Below, piece after piece: positions 1 through 10,949 of a stretch of DNA of 57,617 nt. Source of the DNA: Candidatus Aminicenantales bacterium (GTDB lineage: Bacteria > Acidobacteriota > Aminicenantia > Aminicenantales > Saccharicenantaceae); assembly GCA_049512315.1 (NCBI GenBank), contig JBEKXF010000021.1:1-57617 (forward strand). Direction: 5' to 3'. Both the position numbers and the translations under genes were made by a program. Numbering within the stretch: position 1 is the stretch's first letter; each line of letters opens with the position of its first letter. The notes beneath the pieces are model-generated. The model searched no databases and was not told where the DNA came from. It saw only the letters and a program-made list of their open reading frames with translations.

Positions 1-62
1 ATCTTCGCCAGCTGTTCCCGCTGCCTCACCCTCAGGTGTCTATAGTGTTCTCCCATTGGCAC
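1..62 (-). CDS. IS30-family transposase, N-terminal fragment (3' partial)
   Basis: GTG at 62 or ATG at 56 gives MGEHYRHLRVRQREQLAK, similar to the Y-x-H-L-x3-(E)R start of the IS30 HTH. Not in the ORF track because it is cut by the window edge. Confidence 0.65.
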   Translation of the reverse strand, partial: MPMGEHYRHLRVRQREQLAK

Positions 63-122
63 TTAGGATAGCACCTCCCTAAAAAACTACCCCAAGTGTT
101 GCACTTCACTATTGAACTCGCG
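1..122 (-). mobile_element. Left end of a probable IS30-family insertion sequence (runs off the window)
   Basis: Minus strand 121-96 reads GCGAGTTCAATAGTGAAGTGCAACAC, resembling IS30-family terminal inverted repeats (TGAAGTGCAACA core). It is followed by RBS AGGGAGG and an IS30-like N-terminus; GC is lower than the surroundings. Confidence 0.7.
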
Positions 123-177
123 GGCTCAAAACAAGGACTTAAGACAGGATACTGAGGCCCGATCCCCAAACGAAGGG

Positions 178-432
178 TTAAACGAGGTAGTCCTGGACCT
201 TGCCGTCGGCGTCGACCCGGCGCATCCAGACCATGACGGGCTTGCCGTCCTTGTCGAAGAACTGGCCGAGGATGATCAGGATCAGGTCCACGAGGACCCC
301 GATGAAAAAGCAGCCGAACGTCAGCAGCCAGACGATCCCCGTGCCGGTCTTCCCGACGTAGAACCTGTGGCCGCCGAACATGCCGAACCAGATACAGAAC
401 AGGAGTGTGACCAATCTCGATTTTTCCGACAT
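178..432 (-). CDS. TM2 domain-containing small membrane protein
   Basis: KSRLVTLLFCIWFGMFGGHRFYVGKTGTG is the TM2 signature (G-x-HRFY-x-G); RBS AAGGAGG upstream. Confidence 0.9.
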   Translation of the reverse strand: MSEKSRLVTLLFCIWFGMFGGHRFYVGKTGTGIVWLLTFGCFFIGVLVDLILIILGQFFDKDGKPVMVWMRRVDADGKVQDYLV

Positions 433-619
433 TTAAGGGCCTCCTTCACGCTTTCCGCGCGGGATCTGAGCCCTTTATAACAGAGAGGACCCGGCCGGGT
501 CAATCCCACATTCCGGCGTTCTTCAAACAGGCCGCCCTGCAGGCCCTGGGCGGCGCCGGGGGTTGATTTTTCCCCGATGTTGTGTAAAATATGCCTTTTC
601 CATTCGGGAGGGAAACACG

Positions 620-2944
<2,325 letters not shown>

Positions 2945-2948
2945 CCCT

Positions 2949-2999
2949 GGGACGCTCTTCGTTTCTTCCGGGAAACCAGGACCGTCCCCCATTTTTTTT
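2949..2999 (+). repeat. Degenerate REP-like palindrome (GGGGACGGTCCTG family), probable terminator of hppA
   Basis: GGGACGCTCTTCGTTTC-ttccgg-GAAACCAGGACCGTCCC then a T8 tract; CAGGACCGTCCCC is identical to the right arm at 21580-21592. Confidence 0.6.
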
Positions 3000-3063
3000 C
3001 GATTTGCCGCTTGTCCTTTCCCCGTTTCTTGGCTATCCTGAGGGCATCCCGACGGAGGACAAA

Positions 3064-4569
3064 ATGAAGAGAGTCGTGATCATCGGGGCGGGACTCGGCG
3101 GGCTCGTCGCCGGCAACCTGCTCGTCAAAAAAGGGCACAAGGTCACGCTTTACGAAGCCCACACGGCGCCGGGCGGCTATACGTCAGGCTTCCGCCGGAA
3201 AGGGTTCTATTTCGAGAGCGGCACCCTGTCACTCGAGGGAACACCCACACTCTACAAGGCGCTGGACGACATCGGCGTCCGCGACGAGATCCGCCTCGTC
3301 CGGAAGCAGGACCGTTTCCTGAGCCCTTATTTCGATTTCAAGTTCGAATCGTACGCCGGATTTAAGAAAGCCCTCTACGACGCTTTCCCAGCCGAGGCAA
3401 AAGGCCTGGACGGCTATTTCGGCGAGATCGACCCGGCGTGCGAGGCGATGCGCCCCTTTGTTGGCCTGGTCATTCCGACGGTTTACGAAGGGCCCCGGCG
3501 GCTCGTGGCCTCCCTTCCCTATCTCCTCAAGGGTGGGCCGTTCATGCGCCTCATGAAGAAGTATGAAAACACGACATCGGCCCAGCTTGCCGACCGCTGG
3601 TTTCCGCGCCGAACGGCCCTCAACAGATTTCTCGGCGGCCTCGCCTATCCGGACAGCGGCATCGTCATCCTGGCCGGCTTCTTCACCATGGTCGCGGTGG
3701 ACTATTGGTACGTGTCCGACGGAATGCAGCATCTCGCCGACGTCCTGGCCGAACAGTTCCGGAAGAACGGCGGGGACCTGCGCCTAGGGACGAAAGTCAC
3801 CAGGATCGTGACCCGCCGGGGCCGCGCCGCCGGGGTCGAGGCGGGGGGAGCGGTCGAAGAGGCCGATGACGTCATTTCGGCCTGCGATTACAAGCGGACC
3901 TTCACGGAACTCCTCGACGACCCCTCAACCCTGCCCGCGGGCCGGCTCGAAAAAATCAGGAACACGGCAGTCTCCCAAGGCGTTTTTACGGTATTTCTGG
4001 GCCTCGAGATGAGCGGCGGGGAGCTCCTGGAGCACATGAAAAATCCCGGGGTCAGCTACGACACCTACGACGAGGACTCCGATCCCCGCGACACGGAGGA
4101 CCCGGACCTGTTCGCCAAGGCCGGATTCGGACTGCACTCGCCGTCGCTGATCAATGCCGCCCTGGCCCCGGAGGGCAAGTCATCACTCATGATCATGACC
4201 ATGGCCCCTGCCGGATGGCAGAACCGTTGGGGCGGAGGCGACAGGGAACGGTACCGGATCCTCAAGAAGGCGGCCATGGATGCGCTCGTCGCCCGGGCTG
4301 AGGCCGTCATTCCCGGGCTGCGGTCGCGCCTCGAATTCGCGGAGGCGGCAACGCCGCTCACCTACGAACGCTACACGGGCAACACGGACGGAGCGACGTC
4401 CGCCTGGAGCTGGAACCCGCGCGAAAGGTTCTACGAAAAGGGCGTGTTCGACCTCGTCGTCGACACACCGATCCGCAACCTCTTCATCGGGTCGTGCTGG
4501 GCCAACCAGACCGGAGGCATCCCGGGCGCCATCGCCGCGGCTTACAAGTGCGCTCAAAAGATCAAATAA
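3064..4569 (+). CDS. Phytoene desaturase-like NAD(P)/FAD-dependent oxidoreductase
   Basis: N-terminal VIIGAGLGGL and E-x5-PGG, ATPLTYERYTGN, TPIRNLF-x-G; ATG 3064 after GGAGG. Confidence 0.88.
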   Translation: MKRVVIIGAGLGGLVAGNLLVKKGHKVTLYEAHTAPGGYTSGFRRKGFYFESGTLSLEGTPTLYKALDDIGVRDEIRLVRKQDRFLSPYFDFKFESYAGFKKALYDAFPAEAKGLDGYFGEIDPACEAMRPFVGLVIPTVYEGPRRLVASLPYLLKGGPFMRLMKKYENTTSAQLADRWFPRRTALNRFLGGLAYPDSGIVILAGFFTMVAVDYWYVSDGMQHLADVLAEQFRKNGGDLRLGTKVTRIVTRRGRAAGVEAGGAVEEADDVISACDYKRTFTELLDDPSTLPAGRLEKIRNTAVSQGVFTVFLGLEMSGGELLEHMKNPGVSYDTYDEDSDPRDTEDPDLFAKAGFGLHSPSLINAALAPEGKSSLMIMTMAPAGWQNRWGGGDRERYRILKKAAMDALVARAEAVIPGLRSRLEFAEAATPLTYERYTGNTDGATSAWSWNPRERFYEKGVFDLVVDTPIRNLFIGSCWANQTGGIPGAIAAAYKCAQKIK

Positions 4570-4605
4570 GATTCACCGGGCTCAAGCCCCCTTCGGCGAG
4601 GCGAG

Positions 4606-7600
4606 GTGAGGATGCCTAACTTATTGAAACCAATCTTTATGACGGCCATGCTGCTGGCCGGGTCACGCGCCGCCGTTTCGGCCCAGGAGATCAAATACGG
4701 AGTGGGGAAATGGGACCCGGAATCGGGCCTGGGGAACCACCGCGCGCTCGTCCGCGTCGAAGCCGTCGCACCGGGAAAGCTCGGCGTGCAACTGAGGAAA
4801 GACAGGCCCCCCGTCATGACGGCGGAATTCGCGAAAACCGCGGCCGCCGTGCGGGTCAGGATCCCCTGGCGCCGCCGCGACGCCGACCCCGATCAAAAGA
4901 ATATCGTGGTCGTCGACGCGGCGACCGGCGCCAGGATCGCGAACGTCTATCCTCTCGCTATCAACCGCGAGTCAGGGGATATCGTCTTCGAGCCCAAGAC
5001 CGTGCCCGGCGATTATTACGTTTATTTCATGCCCTACAAGTCCGAAGGCCGGAAGAATTACCCGAACGTCAGGTATGACCCTCCGGTCCTCACGGCCGAC
5101 GCTGCCTGGCTCGCGGCGATCGGGATCGCGCCAGGCAAGCAGGCCCCCTTCAATTCCGACGCGATTCCCCCGGCGAAGGTCACCGAGATCCAGTCGGTGG
5201 ATGAGTTCAGCAGCTTTTATCCCATGGAAGTGATCGCCACTGCAGCCGAGACCAACGCTCTGCTCAGGGCCAATCCAAACTCTCCCTACCTCCTGTTTCC
5301 CGAGGATCGCCGCCTGTCCATCCGCATGACCGGCGACCTCCCCATGCGCTGGGTCACGAGCGGGCCGAACCGCGTTTTCCACGGGGAAGCGGCTCCCGGC
5401 GAGTATTTCACGTTCCAGATAGGCGTCTGGGCCGCCCGCGGGCCGATCGACGACCTCGCGGTGAGGTTCTCCGAGCTCAAGCGGTCCGGTCCCGGGTCTT
5501 CCGCAAGCTCACCTGCCCTCACCGCCCTGATCCCGGCCTCGGCCGCGACCTGCTTCAATACGGGCGGGTCCAACTGGGACGGGTCGTTTTTCAAGAAAGC
5601 CGTCCCGGTCGGGATGGGAAAGGTCCAGGCCCTCTGGTGCGGCGTCCAGGTCCCGAAAGACGCCGGGCCCGGTGTCTATGAGGGCACGGTCACGATCGCT
5701 CCCCGAGGCCTTCCCGAAACGGCGGTGGAGGTCGAGCTCCGAGTGTCCGGCCCGGCGCTTGAAGACGCCGGCGACGCCGATCCCTCCCGGATGACCCGGC
5801 TCCGCTGGCTCGACTCCCGGATCGCCTTCGACGACGGCCTCGTCCCGCCGTACACACCCCTCAAAGTGGAGGGAAGGACGATCAGCTGCCTGGGCCGTTC
5901 TCTCGTGGTCGGGCCGGACGGTCTGCCCGCCCGGGTCCTGAGCTATTTCGCTTCGGAGATGACCCGGCTCGCGGCCGCCCCGGTCGAACTCACCGCCTCT
6001 CCGTTCAAGGTCCGTGTAGACGGTTCGGACGGCCGCGAGGTCCCTTGGACCACCCATCCATCCGGGCCGCGCTTCACGAAAAACTCGGCCGGCGCCGTCG
6101 CCTGGGAATCGGAAATCCGGGCCGACGGCCTGACGATGACGGTCAGCGCCCGGATGGAGTTCGACGGGTTCGTCGATTACAGGGTTTCGATTTCGGCGGT
6201 AAGAGATGTCCCGGTCTCGGACATCCGGCTCGAGGTCCCCTTCAACGGGGATCGCGCGCGCTATATGATGGGCCTGGGCTTCAAGGGGGGGCTCAGGCCG
6301 GCCTCGTTCGAATGGTCATGGGACCCGAAGAAGAACCAGGACGCCCTCTGGATCGGGACCGTCAACGCGGGCCTGCAGATCTCCCTCCGGGCCGAGAATT
6401 ATTCCCGCCCGCTCAACACGAACTTCTACTTGTCCAAGCCCCTCAACATGCCGCCTTCCTGGTGGAACAACGGCAAGGGGAGCGTCTCGGTGGGCACGAT
6501 CGACCTCCCGGATATCAGGATGGGCTCGAACTCGTCCGGGAGTGCCGCCGGTCGGCCCTCTTCCGCAGCCCGGGACCGGAAGACCGTTGTCCTCCTCGCC
6601 GCCCGCTCCGGGCCGCGGACGATCCGGGCCGGCGAGACGCTCCACTTCGACTTCACCCTCCTGCTTACGCCCTTCAAGCTCCTCGACCCGGCGGCCCATT
6701 TCGGCCAGCGCTACTTCCACGCCGACAAGCCCCTGGAAGAGGTGGCCGCCTCCGGGGCCAACGTCATCAACATCCACCACGCGAACGACATCAACCCTTA
6801 CCTCAACTATCCCTTCCTGAGACCGCAGCAGATGAAGGATTACATCGACGAGGCCCATCGCCGCGGCTTCAAGGTCAAGATCTACGATACGGTCCGCGAG
6901 CTCTCGAACCGCGCGGCCGAGCTCTTCGCCCTCCGGAGCCTGGGCCACGAGATCTTTTTGCCCGGGCCCGGCGGCGGCTATTCCTGGCTCCAGGAGCACC
7001 TCGGGACCGATTACATCGCGGCCTGGTTCGTGCCCGAGCTCAAGGACGCGGCCGTCATCAACAGCGGCATGTCGCGCTGGCACAACTATTACCTCGAGGG
7101 CCTCGACTGGCTGGCCCGCAACGTCGGCATCGACGGCCTCTACCTCGACGACGTGGCCTTCGACCGGACGACCATGTTGCGGCTCCGGAAGATCCTCGAC
7201 CGGAACCGGCCCGGCGCCCTCATCGACCTCCACAGCGCCAACCAGTACAACCCGAGGGACGGTTTCGCCTCGAGCGCCAACCTCTACCTCGAGCACTTCC
7301 CGTTCCTCAACCGGCTGTGGTTCGGCGAGTACTTCGATTACAACGGCAGCGGGCCCGACTATTGGCTCATCGAGATGTCCGGCATTCCTTTCGGCCTCAT
7401 GGGCGAGATGCTCCAGGACGGCGGCAATCCCTGGCGCGGCATGGTCTTCGGCATGACGAGCCGTCTGCCCTGGGCGGGCGACCCGCGCCCGCTCTGGAAG
7501 GCCTGGGACGACTTCGGCATCACCTCGAGCGAAATGGTCGGCTGGTGGGCGGAGTCGAATCCCGTGAGGACGGGGAGTGCGGAGGTCCTGGCGACGGCCT

Positions 7601-7836
7601 ACCTGAAAAAGGGGAAAGGGGGCAAGGCCCGGGCCCTGATCGCCCTGGCCAGCTGGGCCAGGGACGCCGTGGATGTCAGGCTCGTGATCGACTGGAAGGC
7701 TCTCGGGCTCGACCCGGGCCGTGTCCTCCTCCGCGCGCCGGCCATCGACAAGTTCCAGCCGTCCGCCGAGTTCAGGCCCGGCGATCCAATCCGGGTCGAG
7801 CCGGGAAAAGGATGGCTGCTCGTTCTCGGAGACTAG
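4606..7836 (+). CDS. Large secreted putative glycoside hydrolase (DUF6067-like)
   Basis: Signal peptide; GNHRA, IPWRRRD, NIHHA-x-DINPYLNYPF, RWHNYYLEGLDWL and GIDGLYLDD motifs recalled from DUF6067 proteins. Start is GTG 4606 or ATG 4612. Confidence 0.75.
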   Translation: MRMPNLLKPIFMTAMLLAGSRAAVSAQEIKYGVGKWDPESGLGNHRALVRVEAVAPGKLGVQLRKDRPPVMTAEFAKTAAAVRVRIPWRRRDADPDQKNIVVVDAATGARIANVYPLAINRESGDIVFEPKTVPGDYYVYFMPYKSEGRKNYPNVRYDPPVLTADAAWLAAIGIAPGKQAPFNSDAIPPAKVTEIQSVDEFSSFYPMEVIATAAETNALLRANPNSPYLLFPEDRRLSIRMTGDLPMRWVTSGPNRVFHGEAAPGEYFTFQIGVWAARGPIDDLAVRFSELKRSGPGSSASSPALTALIPASAATCFNTGGSNWDGSFFKKAVPVGMGKVQALWCGVQVPKDAGPGVYEGTVTIAPRGLPETAVEVELRVSGPALEDAGDADPSRMTRLRWLDSRIAFDDGLVPPYTPLKVEGRTISCLGRSLVVGPDGLPARVLSYFASEMTRLAAAPVELTASPFKVRVDGSDGREVPWTTHPSGPRFTKNSAGAVAWESEIRADGLTMTVSARMEFDGFVDYRVSISAVRDVPVSDIRLEVPFNGDRARYMMGLGFKGGLRPASFEWSWDPKKNQDALWIGTVNAGLQISLRAENYSRPLNTNFYLSKPLNMPPSWWNNGKGSVSVGTIDLPDIRMGSNSSGSAAGRPSSAARDRKTVVLLAARSGPRTIRAGETLHFDFTLLLTPFKLLDPAAHFGQRYFHADKPLEEVAASGANVINIHHANDINPYLNYPFLRPQQMKDYIDEAHRRGFKVKIYDTVRELSNRAAELFALRSLGHEIFLPGPGGGYSWLQEHLGTDYIAAWFVPELKDAAVINSGMSRWHNYYLEGLDWLARNVGIDGLYLDDVAFDRTTMLRLRKILDRNRPGALIDLHSANQYNPRDGFASSANLYLEHFPFLNRLWFGEYFDYNGSGPDYWLIEMSGIPFGLMGEMLQDGGNPWRGMVFGMTSRLPWAGDPRPLWKAWDDFGITSSEMVGWWAESNPVRTGSAEVLATAYLKKGKGGKARALIALASWARDAVDVRLVIDWKALGLDPGRVLLRAPAIDKFQPSAEFRPGDPIRVEPGKGWLLVLGD

Positions 7837-8735
7837 CCCGGGGTAACGCGGTTGCGGCCACCCGCCTTGCTCCGGTACATCAGCGCGTCGGCGCGGTTGA
7901 TCACGCTCTCGACCGTGTCCTCCGGGAGGAACGTCGTGGCCCCGATCGAGACCGTGACCCCGACCTGGCAGGCCGCCAGCGTGACGAAGCTCTTGGCGAC
8001 GAGGGCCCGGAGCTTCTCGGCCAGCTTGGCCAGGTTCTTGTCGGTGATGTTCCGGATGATCAGGACGAACTCCTCGCCGCCCCAGCGGCCCACGGTATCG
8101 AAGGCCCGGACGCCCTGGAGGAGGGTCTGGGCGACGGCCTTCAGGATCTGGTCCCCCGCCTCGTGCCCGTAGCTGTCGTTGACCCTTTTGAACCGGTCGA
8201 TGTCGACGAAAAGGAGGCCCATGGGCCAGCTGTAGCGGTCGATCTCCTTGAGGACCGACTGGAGCGAGATCTCCATGAAGCTCCTGTTCCGGATCTCGGT
8301 CACGGGGTCCACGAGGGCCAACTGCTTAAGGCGGTCGAGCTCCTGGACCTCGGCCAGCCGGCGCGAGTTGTCGCTGAAGACCTCGACGCCGCCCGTGATC
8401 CGGCCCTCCGCATTCCGGATCGGCGCGACCCGCACGGAAACCGGCATCCGGTGACCCTTCCGGTGGTGAAGAAAGACGTTCGCCTCGCGCGGCTCCCCGT
8501 CCTCTATGGTCCGGGCCAGGGGGCACAGTCCCTCGCACAGGCTCGTCCCTTCGCCGTCAACGTGGACGAGGATATTGTCCGCACAGCGCCGGCCGACGAC
8601 CTCCCGGGCCTCGTAGCCGGTCATTTTCGCGGCCGTCTTGCTCCAGAACGTGATCCGGCGCTCGCGGTCCACGAAGTAAACGCCGTCGAACAGGTTGTCG
8701 AGGACATCCCGGTAGAATTCGTTCCTTGGCGACAT
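7833..8735 (-). CDS. PAS-GGDEF diguanylate cyclase
   Basis: PAS domain (DGVYFVDRERRITFW), DIDRFKRVNDSYGHEAGD, GRWGGEEF active site, RAFD I-site; ATG 8735 after GGAGG. Confidence 0.95.
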   Translation of the reverse strand: MSPRNEFYRDVLDNLFDGVYFVDRERRITFWSKTAAKMTGYEAREVVGRRCADNILVHVDGEGTSLCEGLCPLARTIEDGEPREANVFLHHRKGHRMPVSVRVAPIRNAEGRITGGVEVFSDNSRRLAEVQELDRLKQLALVDPVTEIRNRSFMEISLQSVLKEIDRYSWPMGLLFVDIDRFKRVNDSYGHEAGDQILKAVAQTLLQGVRAFDTVGRWGGEEFVLIIRNITDKNLAKLAEKLRALVAKSFVTLAACQVGVTVSIGATTFLPEDTVESVINRADALMYRSKAGGRNRVTPG

Positions 8736-8839
8736 TCTAACCTCCATCCGAACAAGGCCCCTGATTGAAGGGCACTATTATATCAAAAAGGGAGCCGCGG
8801 CCAAGCTCCACGAGCCCGGGCGGCGCCTCGAGGTCATTT

Positions 8840-10066
8840 TCAGGCCGCCGGCCTGCCGGCCGGGGAGATCGCGGCTGCCGCGAGCCGGTCGATCTCGTCC
8901 AGCTTGAATCGGACGGAAATGATATAGGGCGGCTCGCCCTTGGCCCAGTGGCCGTAGGTCGTCAGCAGGAAGGTCCCGTCCGGAAGGACTTCCACGCCGG
9001 GGTAGGCACAGTCGGCTCCCTTGGTGTTGTGCGCCAAGCGGATGCCGTACTGGCCTTCGCGGCCGCGGACGATGTCCTCGTAGCGGCCGACCCAGGCGAC
9101 CCAGTCTCCGCGCGTCGGGCTCTCAAGCGTCGTGTCCCGGAAAGAGACGAGGAGGCGTCCGTCGGGGGCATATTTCCCCACGTGCCGGTCGCCCGTGAGC
9201 GCGCCGGGGAGCTCGCGGGGCGCGCTCCAGGTTCGCCCTTCATCCCTCGAGAAGATGACGAATGAATTCCGCGTCCGGCTGTTCTCGCGGAGCAGGGCCG
9301 CGAGCTCGGGCCCGTCCGGCGATCGAAGGACGCCGGGTTCGCAGAGCTGGATCTCCCGGGACTCGTAAACTTTCTCGGGGCGCGACCACGTCAAGCCGCC
9401 ATCTTTCGAGAACGTCTTGTAGAGCGTGAACAGCGGGGGCTTAACGGCGCTCCCGCCGGCGCGGAAGAAGCGGCCGTCATCGTGGAACATGGCCATGTCA
9501 CGCCCGCGGCCGGTCCGGAGCGGGACGACGCTGCTCATGACGACGATCCCGCCCCAATCCCCCATCGGCTCGAGCGGCGTCCAGGCGCGGCCGTCGTCCC
9601 GGAACACGGAGAGGCGGGCGGGGTAAAGTCCGGAAAAAAGGACGAGCCGCTTCTCACCGGCGGGCCCGGTCAGGCGGTGGATGGTCGGCGTTTCCTTCGA
9701 CGTGGCCCAGTTCTCCGGCACGGGGAGCCGGTCCCCCCAGGTCAGGCCGCCGTCCCGGCTCATCTTCATGACGATCGGGCCGGCCCCGTGGCCTCTCGGA
9801 TAGACGGCGATGACCGTCCGGCCGTCCTCGAGGAGGGCGGTCGTCGGATGGCCGAGGTACTCGGGCTCCCGGTCGACAATAACCTGGCGGCCCGCCTGTC
9901 CGGCAAGGTCGATGAGGGGGATCGTGTAGCCGCGGAGGACCGTCGCGCTCCGGCCGGCGGTCGCCGGCGGCTTCTCCCGGACGCAGGGGCTGAACGAGAC
10001 CAGGAGCCCCGCGGCAATGAAGAAAAACACGCCCGGGAGAAGCGTCTTTTTGCGGGGCCGTGCTAT
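8840..10066 (-). CDS. BNR/Asp-box sialidase-like beta-propeller protein (start uncertain)
   Basis: Asp-boxes SRDGGLTW, SKDGGLTW, SRDEGRTW; YLGHPTT, LCEP, DCAYP. The real gene is only the 3' part of ORF 8840..10732; start is ATA 10066 or GTG 10030. Confidence 0.82.
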   Translation of the reverse strand: MARPRKKTLLPGVFFFIAAGLLVSFSPCVREKPPATAGRSATVLRGYTIPLIDLAGQAGRQVIVDREPEYLGHPTTALLEDGRTVIAVYPRGHGAGPIVMKMSRDGGLTWGDRLPVPENWATSKETPTIHRLTGPAGEKRLVLFSGLYPARLSVFRDDGRAWTPLEPMGDWGGIVVMSSVVPLRTGRGRDMAMFHDDGRFFRAGGSAVKPPLFTLYKTFSKDGGLTWSRPEKVYESREIQLCEPGVLRSPDGPELAALLRENSRTRNSFVIFSRDEGRTWSAPRELPGALTGDRHVGKYAPDGRLLVSFRDTTLESPTRGDWVAWVGRYEDIVRGREGQYGIRLAHNTKGADCAYPGVEVLPDGTFLLTTYGHWAKGEPPYIISVRFKLDEIDRLAAAAISPAGRPAA

Positions 10067-10119
10067 GAACCTCGTTTTCCGAGTCCTCCCTTCCGCCCGG
10101 TTTTCCGCGCGGCCCGGCC

Positions 10120-10815
10120 TCACCCGGCGAGCTTCATCAGCCAGCGGTGCAGGGGCACGAGCGGCTCGTAGCGCTCGAAACAGTAGTCCACCAGGCGGGC
10201 TGAATAAAATGCAGGGGGGATCTTCGTTTCGTATCCCACCCAAAGGCCGTTGTGCTTCAACAATTCCGCGTTCGGGTGGCCGGGATCGTAGCCGGCCGGG
10301 ACGCGCTTGTAGTGCTTTCCTCCGAGCTCGAAATCCTTCCTTTTCGAGAGCACGGCCAGGATCTTCTCGAGCTCCTGGCCGAGCTTCGGGTCGACAACGG
10401 CGCGGCGATAGCGCGGGACGAGATGATCCGGGAACATGTACATCCCCGACCCGAGATAGAGGTCCGGCGGCTCGACATGGAAATAGAAGCCGGGAGATTC
10501 CATCCGCGACGTCGTCCCTTCCCAGAAATAGAGGCCCAGGTTCGTCTTGTACGGGGACGGGTCCAGGCTGAAGCGCGTGTCTCGGTTGATCCGGAAGATC
10601 GACTTGTTGACCAGCGGGACGGCGACGATCTTGGGGACCGCCGTCCGGAGCTTTTCGCCCATGGCAACGACGAAGGCCTTGGCCGGCTCCATCACGTGCC
10701 TGTCGTAGGTTTCCCTGTGCGCGGCGAACCACTCCCGGTCGTTGTTCCGGCGCAGGCCGTTGAAGAATCGAAGCGTTTCCTTGGTGAATCCTGAAAAGAC
10801 GGCAGTGTCGGCCAT
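10120..10815 (-). CDS. DUF2461 family protein
   Basis: FF-x-GL-x2-NNDREWF, IFRINRDTRFS-x-D-x-SPYK, GFYFH; RBS GGAGGAGG. Confidence 0.92.
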   Translation of the reverse strand: MADTAVFSGFTKETLRFFNGLRRNNDREWFAAHRETYDRHVMEPAKAFVVAMGEKLRTAVPKIVAVPLVNKSIFRINRDTRFSLDPSPYKTNLGLYFWEGTTSRMESPGFYFHVEPPDLYLGSGMYMFPDHLVPRYRRAVVDPKLGQELEKILAVLSKRKDFELGGKHYKRVPAGYDPGHPNAELLKHNGLWVGYETKIPPAFYSARLVDYCFERYEPLVPLHRWLMKLAG

Positions 10816-10949
10816 TGCGCCCTCCTCCCGGCCATTCTATCCGGCCGTGCGGGCGCGGTCAAACTCGCGCATTGTCAAGGACACGGCGGGCATGATATAA
10901 ATCAGGCCGAAGAAATGGTCATCCTGGGTGGATGAACAGGGAGGCGCTG

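Noticed and set aside
128..143. AAAACAAGGACTTAAG, loosely like ATTAAGGGATTTAG in element copy B and ACTTAAGTCCC near 28664
   Set aside because: Similarity is too short and degenerate to call a shared recombinase site by eye.
6045..8768. 907-aa ORF on the + strand
   Set aside because: Alternate frame of the DUF6067-like gene running into the antisense of the GGDEF gene; no RBS or domain.
10067..10732. 5' extension of ORF 8840..10732
   Set aside because: Overlaps the DUF2461 gene out of frame and is low-complexity; the sialidase-like sequence begins near 10066.
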